Shown here piece by piece: positions 25,213 to 36,367 of a stretch of DNA of 64,000 nucleotides. Location: NCBI GenBank assembly GCA_963514005.1, contig OY740804.1, positions 19,592,001-19,656,000 of the forward strand, read 5' to 3'. Made by a program: the position numbers and the translations under genes. The notes under the pieces were generated by a model. That model was not told the DNA's origin, did not search any database, and saw only the letters and a list, made by a program, of their open reading frames with translations. The stretch is from Raja brachyura. Taxonomy: Eukaryota. Position 1 is the first letter of the stretch; every line of letters begins with the position of its first letter.

Positions 25213-26139
25213 CTACGCTGACTTGCCTGCTGTCTCCCTTGTACGCCCTGCGGAAGGTAAGTCGCTGCTGCTGGTCCCACTGCTCGTCTCGTCGCTAGCT
25301 AACTGGCACGCCTGGCTGCTCGGCTTGTCGGGACTGTGCCCCGCTGTCGGGGGCTGGGTAAGCGCTGTGTCCTGCTTCTCTCGCGCGGACCCGCTTCTCT
25401 CTCTCTCGGCCGGCTTTCTCTCGCGACCGGGCTTTCTCCACTTCCGGCCGTCTCCCGCGACCGGGCTTTCTCCGCTTTTTCCCCCTACCGGGCTGACCCT
25501 GCTCCTGACTGGGCTGAAATGCTTGAGTGCTGTGTCCTGCTTCTCTCGCGTGGACCCACTTCTCGCTCGGGGGTCGGATTTCCTCTCGCGTCCAGGCTTT
25601 CCCCGCTCTCGGCCGTCTCTTGCGACCGTGCGCTGTGTCCCGCTTCTCTCGCGGGGCCTGGTCCACTTCTCTCTCGCAGTCGGCTTTCCCACTTGGTCGG
25701 TCCGCTTCTCTTGCGTGGCCGGACCCTCTTTTCTGCTCACGGTTGGGCTGACTCTGCTCCTGACCGGGCTTTCTCTGCTCGCGGTCGTCTCCTGCGACCG
25801 GGCTTTCTCACACGACTGGTCCGCTTCTATCCGGGCCGTTTTTTTAACTCGGCCGGTCCGCTTCTCACGCGGCCGGCTTTCTCCCTCGACCGGGCTGATT
25901 CTTCTCCCGGCCGAGCTTTCTCTCATGACCGGGCTGACTGCTCCTGGCCGGGTTGACTCCGTTTGTGTCGGTGGCTTCTCCGGACCTGCCCGTGACCTAC
26001 CCGGTACTAGGCCCTCACTGGACATTGGTGGCGGCTCCTGGGCCTGGCTGTGGGCTACACAGCCCTGGAAAACGTTCAAAGTCGGTGGCGGTCTCCGGAC
26101 CTGTCCGTGGCCTACATGGTACACGGCCCTGGAACTCAC
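25213..26139 (-). other. GC-rich degenerate repeat region with an Arg/Ser/Pro-rich open frame inside the LTR element
   Basis: 308-aa ORF with recurring SPVRSRVSP and REK units; the opposite strand is also open. Confidence 0.35.
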
Positions 26140-27299
26140 CCGAAGTCGGTGGCAGCTACTGGGCCTCTACTGCCCCTTTGCCGTGGCTGCACGGTCCTGG
26201 AAAGCGTTCCAGGTAAGTTGACACTGTCGCTGTCCTGCTGGTTAGTTTTCCAGCTTTCGGCTGCGTACTTCGGTGACACTTACTTACTGCCCCACTTGTT
26301 TTCCTCGCTTCCTGTTCCGACCTTTCCTTTCTTTGGCGCCAATTCAAAACCATATGGCGCTAAACCTTTTTGCTTAGTGCTGTTCCACTTTGTTTCCATT
26401 ATACAACCTCTTCTTTTAAACTTTTTTTTCTCTTGACAGCCCTTCTTCTTTGTTCTTTTCTGTTCTTTTATCCTCGGTGCCTTGTTATCCTTGTTGTGTG
26501 TTTTGGTGTAACAATTCACCTAAAACCTAGCTGTACAAAGATTATTCAGCTTGAGGAATTCGACAAAAAAAACTCAGGTAAAATGTATAACAATCCGAAG
26601 GACGACATTTTGACACCTAGACACAACTTAGAGATAGCCTGACAAACTCGCCGACTTGTACAGCTTTAAACTACAGTCCCGTGCTTAGAGGGATCTGTAG
26701 GCCTCTCATGTCCAGCTCGCAAACAACTGCGACACAACTCCGTATCTACTGTTTAAACTGTTAAACAATTCTGCGTGTTGCAAAACAGTCCTGCGGGTGA
26801 GTTCACAAACTCCATCCCATCCTCGTCGCCAATTGTAGTGTATTTGGGTGCTTGGAACTGACTTAAAAGAACACTCAGATACAGGAGTAATCTAACAAGC
26901 TTCTTTATTCTAGGACGCCACCTTGAGTCTCCCCCAGCACATGCATCCCCTCGCACAAGACATAACATATGCAAATTATATCACATACATCACAGTACCC
27001 AAGGAGTTTATTTTTATGATTTCATCGATTTGTTGGGACCTGGAACATCAAGCTGTGACACTTTCCATTGCCATTCCATTGATGAAAACAGGGTTGTTGA
27101 TCCTTGGCTTTTCCCTCCTGAAGTCAACAACCATCTCTTATAGAAACAAAGAACTGCAGATGCTGGTTTCCAAAAAATAGCTCAACGTGCTGAAGGATCT
27201 CAATGAATCAAGCTTCACCTCTGGAGAACATGGATAGGAAACTTTGCAGGTCAGGTTTCAGCTCCTTGGCCTTGCTGTAATTGAGAGCAAGATTGGTGC

Positions 27300-27945
27300 T
27301 CTTGCGGCATTCAATGGAAATAGAGAGAATCCAGGGAATTATTAACGGGTGAACCTCCCATCAGTGGTATGGAAGATATTGGAGATGTTTCTTCAGGTTA
27401 GAATTTACTCCCATTTGATAGAGAATAGATTAATTAGGGACAGTCAGAATAACTTTGTACATGGATTTTAGGAAGGCATTTGATCGGCTGATGGTAGGCT
27501 GATTCAGAAGATTAAGATGCACAGGATTAACAGTGACTTGTTTCTATGGATTTAGAACTGGTTCACTGATAGAAGACAATGGCTTGTGGTGGAAGGACAA
27601 CATTTGGAGTTTTGCATGCAGTTTTGGACGCCGCATTACAGGAAAGATGTGATGGCTTTGGAAAGTTTGCATAGGAGGTTTACCAGAATAATGCCTATAT
27701 TAAGGGGTGTTAACTATAAGGAGAGTTTGGGCAGATTTTGATTGTTTTCTCTGGAACACTGGAGGCTGTGAAGAGACCTGATAGAAATATTTACTGTCAG
27801 AGACTTTCGGATAGGCTTCTGGATATCCAGGGAATGGAGATATGTGGATTAAGCACATGCAAACAAGAGTTGGTCTTGGCACCACATTCAGGCCAGACAT
27901 TGTGGGCCAAAGGGCATGTTCTTGTGCTGTACTGTTCTATGTTCA
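27300..27945 (+). mobile_element. Degraded CR1 LINE fragment
   Basis: Remnants of RT and CR1 3' UTR. Confidence 0.55.
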
Positions 27946-29600
27946 ATGACGATCATCAAAATGCAGATGTCATATGCCAGTGAACTTTACAGTGGTAACT
28001 GATCTGAGAGCCCCTTGTCCAGACCTCCTGGTGAAGAAGCTGGATTGGGAATGGAGATTTCACCAAATGACTACCAAGTCAAAGCAGCCAACCAGTACCT
28101 TCAAATTCTTCACTGATGCCTGGCCACATTGAAGACTGGAATGGTTCCCCCTCCTCGAGGATGGAACTGAAATCCACCACTTCAAACAATGCATTTACCA
28201 CAGTTAATGATGCTCAAGATATATAACTGGCTCCGACTACATATTATCTCTGTACCGCCTATTCCCCTGGCATCAGTCTGAAGGGTCTTGAACCAAAACA
28301 TCACTTATTTCTTCTCTTCAGAGAGCATCATGCCTGTCTCGCTAAGTTACTCCTGCATTCTATGTCTATCTTTGATTTAAACCAGCATCTGCAGTTCTTT
28401 TCTACACCTTCTAACTTCTATATTTAATACTTGACTAATGAAGCCAGTGTGCCGAAAGCCGAAATTCTTCCATAGTGTGATTGAAGTCTGCCTGAGAGTT
28501 TGCAGCCTCTGCTTGCATATTGGAAGGTTTGCTCCTCAAGTTCTGGTTGCACTTCAGACCGTGCTCCTGATCTTTGGGCACCCAGTGTGGGCCTCGGTGG
28601 GTCTGTTAGGGAACGTACGCGTTGGTCTGCTCCTGGGTCCAGCCCAGATGGCATTTCACAGGTGCAGCTGTGCGTAGTCGAAAGTTCCGCCCTGACTACC
28701 AGATCCTCTTTGGAGGTTATGTTCATATCTGGGTGACATTGAGAGGCAATGTGCAGCATCTACTGGCTGCTTGGGGGCTGCCTGGGAGCAGAGGACACTG
28801 CAGTGGCTCAAGTGTGTCGAGATAAGGTTGTTGTAACTTGAAGTTTGTTGATCGTATACTGTATGAATACAATCCTGTATACCTGTACGTGTACAAATAT
28901 AATGTATACTGTCCTAGTGTGATGCTTGTAATCGTGGAATTTCCTTTAAAAAAGAAAACAACTGTGGTCTAACTCAGAAACTGGCGTAATATATGGAGGG
29001 GGTAAAGTGAATGGTGATTGGAGAGGATAGTGGGGTATTGGAGAGGATCGAGGGGAATTGCTCTGGATGGAGGGTGAAAGAGGATAGCGGGATTGGAGGG
29101 AAGTGATGTATGGGGATATTTGAGGCAATTGAGGAACATGGAGGGTGGAGGAGGAAAAGGAGGGGAGTGAAAATAAAAACCACTGCAGTTTCCCAAAAGC
29201 ACGAAGCATCCGTGGAAAGAGAAACAGTTCGCGTTTCACATGAAGAACTCTTCATCAGACCTGAGAGACGAAGAAATGTCAGTATAGGTGGCAGTGAAAT
29301 GTGAGGGAGGGGATGGGTTGGAGTCTAAGGTGGGATGAGGGCGTGTGGCAGATGGGAGATGGTTGAGTTACTGTGGCCGTGCGACCTATTGCTGATGTGG
29401 TTCTGGCCACTGGGACGTGCCCAACAGGGCTGGCTGTCCAGGGAGAGGAAACAGGATGGCACTGGTTTGGGGTTTAGTGGGGAGAGATGGGAGTGGCAGT
29501 GGGGACATGATACTCGGGTGGGGTGGGAGTGGATCGATCCACCCCATGTCACTGGGGGAGACGATGGGGTTGGAGTCACTGAGTCTTTTCTCCTCAACAG

Positions 29601-29780
29601 GATTGCCGTGGTGGGTGATAATGCTGATCGCCATTGGGGTTCTGATTGCGATTATTGGAGTCTTCTTCATCGCTTACGTCTGCATGCTGAGTGCAACACA
29701 TGTGACGTGGGCCGAGCTGCGTGCCGGCTGGGTCAACTGGCACCAAGAAGATCCAAAGAGTTGTGCTTCCTTCTGTACCC
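29601..29780 (+). CDS. CD2/SLAM-family receptor, exon 4 (transmembrane and juxtamembrane)
   Basis: CAG acceptor; C|GTGAGT donor; 180 nt, phase 1/1; WWVIMLIAIGVLIAIIGVFFIAY. Confidence 0.85.
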
Positions 29781-30066
29781 GTGAGTGTCTGCGCCAATCT
29801 GGGGAGTGTGGGGAGATCAGGGGAGTGCAGAACAAGGGGTAGGAAGGGTGGGGGGAGCTGATAGGGGAGGGGCAGGGAATGTGAGCAAGATGATAGAAAG
29901 GGCAGGAGAGAGGAGACTCAGAGGAGTAGGTGGGAGGTGCGGGGTTGAGACCGAGATGGGCAGAGAATGGAAGATGGGGCAGGATGTGTAATGTGGAGTT
30001 GGACTGAGGGTTCCAGAAAGCAGATTGCTGATTACAGTCTTGTAACCTGTGTTCATCCCCCTACAG

Positions 30067-30126
30067 TGTTGTGGAATCCAAAATCAGTCATCTAGCTTGG
30101 CCAGAACAATCAGATTAACAGGAACG
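30067..30126 (+). CDS. Exon 5 (cytoplasmic tail); in-frame TAG at 30093-30095 gives a ~287-aa product
   Basis: CCCCCTACAG acceptor and G|GTAAGC donor are conserved in the inverted paralog. Confidence 0.6.
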
Positions 30127-30199
30127 GTAAGCAACAGCAAGGTCCCCAGCGGGGGTCTCCTGTAGCCCATCACTGACACCCCATAGTGGAACCAGGAAC

Positions 30200-31530
30200 T
30201 GAGGTCCCCCACAGACCCAGTTACTGGGGTACACTGTCCCCCACAGACCCAGTTACTGGGGTACACTGTCCCCCACAGACCCAGTTACTGGGTTACACTG
30301 TCCCCCACGGACCCAGTTACTGGGGTACACTGTCCCCCACAGGCCCAGTTACTGGGGTACACTGTCCCCCACAGGCCCAGTTACTGGGGTACACTGTCCC
30401 TCACACACCCAGTTACTGGGGTACACTGTCCCCCACAGACCCAGTTACTGGGGTACACTGTCCCCCACAGGCCCAGTTACTGGGGTACACTGTCCCTCAC
30501 ACACCCAGTTACTGGGGTACACTATCCCCCACAGACCCAGTTACTGGGTTACACTGTCCCGCACAGATCCAGTTACTGGGGTACACTGTCCCCCACAGGC
30601 CCAGTTACTGGGGTACACTGTCCCTCACACACCCAGTTACTGGGGTACACTGTCCCCCACAGGCCCAGTTACTGGGGTACACTGTCCCCCACAGGCCCAG
30701 TTACTGGGGTACACTGTCCCCCACAGGCCCAGTTACTGGGGTACACTGTCCCCCACAGGCCCAGTTACTGGGGTACACTGTCCCCCACAGGCCCAGTTAC
30801 TGGGGTACACTCCCCCACAGGCCCAGTTACTGGGGTACACTGTCCCCCACAGGCCCAGTTACTGGGGTACACTGTCCCTCACACACCCAGTTACTGGGGT
30901 ACACTGTCCCCCACAGGCCCAGTTACTGGGGTACACTGTCCCTCACACACCCAGTTACTGGGGTACACTGTCCCCCACAGGCCCAGTTACTGGGGTACAC
31001 TGTCCCCCACAGGCCCAGTTACTGGGGTACACTGTCCCCCACAGGCCCAGTTACTGGGGTACACTGTCCCCCACAGGCCCAGTTACTGGGGTACACTCCC
31101 CCACAGGCCCAGTTACTGGGGTACACTCCCCCACAGGCCCAGTTACTGGGGTACACTGTCCCCCACAGGCCCAGTTACTGGGGTACACTGTCCCCCACAG
31201 GCCCAGTTACTGGGGTACACTGTCCCCCACAGGCCCAGTTACTGGGGTACACTGTCCCCCACAGATCCAGTTACTGGGGTACACTCCCCCACAGGCCCAG
31301 TTACTGGGGTACACTGTCCCCCACAGGCCCAGTTACTGGGGTACACTGTCCCCCACAGGCCCAGTTACTGGGGTACACTGTCCCCCACAGGCCCAGTTAC
31401 TGGGGTACACTGTCCCCCACAGGCCCAGTTACTGGGGTACACTGTCTCCCACAGACCCAGTTACTGGGGTACACTGTCCCCCACACGCCCAGTTACTGGG
31501 GTACACTGTCCACCACACCCAGTTACTGTG
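30200..31530 (+). repeat. 32-bp minisatellite (CCCAGTTACTGGGGTACACTGTCCCCCACAGG), ~41 units, in intron 5
   Basis: Direct tandem array; the 492-aa ORF is a by-product. Confidence 0.97.
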
Positions 31531-31764
31531 AAGATGGGGCATGTGTTGTCATCTTGACGTTTTCCATGGCATTTTGTGACAATTTGAGTCTCGGAATGGG
31601 CAAACACACAAGAGTAAGCCCCGGGGGTGCATGTGTCGAGTGGGACATGGACAGTTGGTATTAAGCTGCTGCTTTGTGAGGGAAGAGGGGTGGAGTGGGG
31701 ACACTGAGAAGTGTCTGTCAATGGGCACTCGCTGGTCTCCTCGCCTCTGCTCTCTGTCCTACAG

Positions 31765-32700
31765 AAATGGCGGAGATGCTGTGATTGAAGAATGGATTGG
31801 ACATGGTTCGGCAGCTGAGACAGAGAGATCCCACTCACAGACACCGCCTGAGAAGAGACACCAGCTCAGTCACCCCTTGACAGAGAGACTCCAGCTCACG
31901 GACATCTGCTACCTCCATTGGGCAGTGAGTGCCTCTGCACGTGCCCAGTTACTGGGGAACAATGCCCATCTCCAGTGCAAAGGGAGGATGGTGGGGGTGT
32001 TTCCCTCCGAATGGAACCTCGATCTTTTTCTCATTGGGCCACTTCGGAGTAACCGTGTTCAACACCAGGGGTTCTACAGTGACCAGTGGTGACCCCACCC
32101 CCAGTCTCCCTGACTCTCTGTCCAAGACTATCATATGTAACTACATCTGCTCCGTGTTCTGTGTTACTGACTGTATCGCCGCTGATGTTCCATAGCCGCT
32201 CTAGGGACATTCGACCCAGCTTTAGTTTTAATTTATTTACATCCTGGGGGGAAGTGCCAGAGTTCAGGAACGAATGAGGAGCCATGGAAAATCCAGGGAG
32301 ACCCCAAGGCAGGCACAAAATGCGGGAGAAACTCAATGAGACAGCCAGCATCTCTACAGAGAAGGAATGGGTGATGTTTCGGATCGAGTCCTCACCCAGG
32401 AAGACAGATGTACTGATTCTGGCACCCCTCTCCCCATTGCTATGGGAAGAGGCCATTGACGTCCACACCTCCCTAAAACTCCTGGGTCCCTATCTCTAGG
32501 GCTGAAGCAGGGTCACCGATTGCCAATGGCTTATTGCTGATGTTTTACGTTCTCTGCCAACACTAACCGGTGAACATTTCTTCAGTGAAGCTACTCCCAC
32601 ACAGCCTTTCACGGCCTGGTAATGTGGTGCATCAGCCACTGGGAACGCTATTCACCGGTTCACTGTCACACATTCAGAAGGTCAGACAGAATCTGTGGAG
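31765..32700 (+). other. Terminal exon 6 (EMAEML-stop at 31782-31784 in phase 1) and 3' UTR
   Basis: Strong polypyrimidine tract and CAG acceptor; conserved in the paralog. The 3' end is uncertain. Confidence 0.55.
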
Positions 32701-32715
32701 AGAATCACAGAGTAA

Positions 32716-33294
32716 AGGGCCTGTCCTACAAGCATGCAACTCTATGCGATGAACACGATCAAACTAGAAGCGGGGGCCGAGCCAAGGTCGGGTGATCCCC
32801 TGTACAGGGCCGTTCCCACCAGCATGCGCGTGTATGCGCCAAGCGCAACCAAACCGGCAGCGGGGACAGCGCGGAGGTCGGGTGAGTGGCGCAACGCGGT
32901 GCAAAGTGAGGCGAACTTGGAGCAAAGTCTAAGGTAAGTTCGCCAGGACAGAGAGGGGCACACAGAGAGGGGCACAGAGGCACACACACACAGAGGGCCA
33001 TGGAGCCACACACATAGAGGGTCACGGAGGCACCTACAGATAGGTTGACGGAGGCACAACGTCGGGGCGGTGTGTAATGCGTCGAGGCGACTGCGAGCCG
33101 ACAAGCTGTTGCCGCGCGGAATTTTTGAACATAGTCAGTTTTTCGGAGCCCCGCGCGATGTCGGGACGAACTCCGCACAATTCCGCACGGCTCCGGCGAT
33201 CGAAGTGGGACCGGCCCTGCGACGCCGGACGGCTCAAGCGACCACGTTAGGTCGCGCTAATCGCATAGAGTTGCATGCTTGTAGGACAGGCCCT
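32716..33294. mobile_element. PIF/Harbinger-type MITE
   Basis: 35-bp perfect TIRs AGGGCCTGTCCTACAAGCATGCAACTCTATGCGAT; TAA/TTA flanks; the paralog shows the empty site with a single TTA. Confidence 0.88.
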
Positions 33295-36200
33295 TTATTG
33301 TACAAGATAGCACCACCTTACTCACAATTGTCCTGTGGTGGTTTGTGTCAGGTTTCATTCAGATTGATTTTATATTTCACAAGTTATTGACATTTAAAAA
33401 ATTTCAAAACCCCATTTTGAGAACAATAACTTGACAGATGCTGCGGCAGTTGATGGGAGATTCTGGTAATTTCCAGATATGATGTCACAACGGGATCTCA
33501 TTTACGTAAGCTGCCGTAAACAGTCCTCCAGCCAATCAACAGTGTTCCACCCAGTTCAATTAGAGATTTGTTGTGAAGAGAGGGAGTAAGTGTGGGAGGG
33601 GAGGAGAAGAAATGTTCTTTAAACATTGTGTTTAATGGAGGACTGCAATAGGGGAGAGGTGAATGAGTGACTGAGGGTAGGGAAAAGGAGAGGGAGGGAG
33701 TGGAGGAGGAAAGGGGGAGGTGGATTATTGCATTGGAGGAACGGGGCCCAATGGGTCCCACTTGGTCTAGTATCTTATCTATCATATCTATATACTTTTA
33801 AAACTCTGGGTGTATGTCACTTTGCCTTTGAAACATATCTCCTCAAAACCAGATGCAAAAACACAGAGATTTTTACAACTTCGGTAAGGATAATAATAAT
33901 AATACGTTTTATTTATAGGGCGCCTTTCAAGACTCTCAAGGACACCTTACAATTAACACAAGCATAAAACAAAAACACATATACAGCAATAATACACAAT
34001 TCGAAGAGAGAGCAGCGGCAGCCAATCGCGCTAGCGTTCACTCTCGCCTCCGAAGCCATCTGCAGCACACCAATCAAGATAAAACACAACATAAAGAATT
34101 TAACATAAAACATTAAAAACATCCCCCCACAATGGTTCCCACTGTGGGGGAAGGCACAAAGTCCAGTCCCCATCCCCACCCTAAGTAGTCGGGCCTAATG
34201 AGGCCTCCACAGTCGCCGCTACGGAGGCACGATGTTCCCGGCTGTTCTCACTTGGTGATGGTACAAGAAAAAGCAAAAAAAGTGTTAAATGACATAAATG
34301 ATATAAAGAAACAGTTTAAAGTATACTGTGTGTGTCCACCCCCGGTGGGAAATTTCAGGTGTGCTTCCGTAGGTGTAAATTGCATTTAGCTCCGCCCCTT
34401 ACCAAATAATATTGTAGAAAAGAAAAAAACAGGACAGAACAGAATATAGTATGCACCAAAAAAAAACCAGAACATGTACAGTAAGTAGTTTGTCTAATAG
34501 CTTAGTCTAAGTAAATATTTACTATTTAAATACCGTATTAAAATTTTTTTTTAATTTAAATATTGATATTCATATATTAAACACCCTCTCCCCCTCGCCA
34601 GGACAGAGAGGGGCACAGAGGCACACACACACACACACACACACAGAGGGCCATGGAGCCACACACATAGAGGGTCACGGAGGCACCTACAGATAGGTTC
34701 ATGGAGGCACAACGTCGGGACGGTGTGTAATGCGTCGAGGCGACTGCGAGCCGACAAGCTGTTGCCGCGCGGAATTTTTGAACATAGTCAGTTTTTCGGA
34801 GCCCCGCGCGATGTCGGGATGAACTCCGCACAGCTCAGGCGATCGAAGTGGGACCGGCCCCGCAACGCCGGATACTCAAGTGACAACGTTAGGTCGCGCT
34901 AATCGCATAGAGTTGCATGCTTGTAGGACAGGCCCTTTATTGTACAAGATAGCACCACCTTACTCACAATTGTCCTGTGGTGGTTTGTGTCAGGTTTCAT
35001 TCAGATTGATGTTATATTTCACAAGTTATTGACATTTAAAAAATTGCAAAACCCCATTTTGAGAACAATAACTTGACAGATGCTGCGGCAGTTGATGGGA
35101 GATTCTGGTAGTTTCCAGTTATGATGTCACAACGGGATCTCATTTACGTAAGCTGCCGTAAACAGTCCTCCAGCCAATCAACAGTGTTCCACCCAGTTCA
35201 ATTAGAGATTTGTTGTGAAGAGAGGGAATAAGTGTGGGAGGGGAGGAGAAGAAATGTCCTTTAAACATTGTGTTTAATGGAGGAGTGCAATAGGGGAGAG
35301 GTGAATGAGTGACTGAGGGTAGGGAAAAGGAGAGGGAGGGAGTGGAGGAGGAAAGGGGGAGGTGGATTATTGCATTGGAGGAACGGGGCCCAATGGGTGC
35401 CACTTGGTCTAGTATCTTATCTATCATATCTATATACTTTTAAAACTGGGTGTATGTCACTTTGCCTTTGAAACATATCTCCTCAAAAACCAGACGCAAA
35501 AACACGGAGATGTTTACAACTTCGGTAAGGATAATAATAATAATAATACATTTTATTTATAGGGTGCCTTTCAAGACTCTCAAGGACACCTTACAATTAA
35601 CACAAGCATAAAACAAAAACACATATACAGCAACAATACACAATTCGAAGAGAGAGCAGCGGCAGCCAATCGCGCTAGCGTTCACTCTCGCCTCCGAAGC
35701 CATCTGCAGCACACCAATCAAGATAAAACACAACATAAAGAATTTAACATAAAACATTAAAAACATCCCCCCACAATGGTTCCCACTGTGGGGGAAGGTA
35801 CAAAGTCCAGTCCCCATCCCCACCCTAAGTAGCCGGGCCTAATGAGGCCCCCACAGTCGCCGCTACGGAGGCATGATGTTCCCAGCTGTTCTCACTGGGT
35901 GATGGTACAAGAAAAAGCAAAAAAAGTGTTAAATGACACAAAGAAACAGTTTAAAGTATACTGTGTGTGTCCACCCCCTGGTGGGAAATTTCAGGTGTGC
36001 TTCCGTAGGTGTAAATTGCATTTAGCTCCGCCCCTTACCAAATAATATTGTAGAAAAGAAAAAAACAGGCCAGAACAGAATATAGTATGCACCGAAAAAA
36101 AACAGAACATGTACAGGAAGTATTAAAGAAGGAACTGCAGATGCTGGAGAATCGAGGGTTACACAAAAAGCTGGAGAAACTCAGCGGGTGCAGCAGCATC

Positions 36201-36367
36201 TAAGGAGTGAAGGAGATAGGCGACGTTTCGGGTCGAGACCCTTCTTCAGACCAGTAAGTAGTTTGTCTAATAGCTTGGTCTAAGTAGATATTTACTATTT
36301 AAATACCGTATTAAATTTTTTTTTAAATTTAAATATTGATATTCATATATTAAACACCCTCTCCCCC
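32940..36367 (+). repeat. Tandem segmental duplication, ~1.65-kb unit (32940-34594, 34595-36367)
   Basis: Near-identical colinear copies; the second carries an extra Penelope tail at about 36122-36251. Confidence 0.95.
33743..33890 (+). mobile_element. Helitron-like 3' end (hairpin plus CTAG) abutting a Helitron-like 5' end; repeated at about 35385-35530
   Basis: GGGGCCCAATGGGTCCC-ACTTGGT-CTAG|T followed by TCTATATACTTTTAAAAC. Confidence 0.6.

Larger units (their letters stand above)
21809..26994 (-). mobile_element. Non-autonomous Gypsy-type LTR element carrying captured host gene fragments
   Basis: ~161-bp TG..CA LTRs (21809-21969, 26834-26994); TSD ATACC/GTACC; PBS TGGCGACGAGGATGGGAT (tRNA-Ser) at 26814-26831; PPT next to 21970; gag stub; no pol. 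Confidence 0.93.

Noticed and set aside
28430-28462. Hammerhead-like CTAATGA...CGAAA
   Set aside because: Core mismatch and no proper stems; resembles an antisense CR1 fragment.
30200-31530. CACTGTC resembling a V(D)J RSS heptamer
   Set aside because: Imperfect heptamer, no nonamer at 12/23 spacing, and the IgV exon is complete and non-rearranging.
30186-31664. 492-aa repetitive ORF, or a CRISPR-like array
   Set aside because: Read-through of a 32-bp intronic minisatellite; there are no unique spacers and the context is eukaryotic.
31631-32092. Longer open frame as the cytoplasmic tail (also 44871-45233)
   Set aside because: Needs a phase-2 junction that the upstream exons do not supply; openness in both copies is explained by recent duplication. 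Not fully excluded without RNA data.
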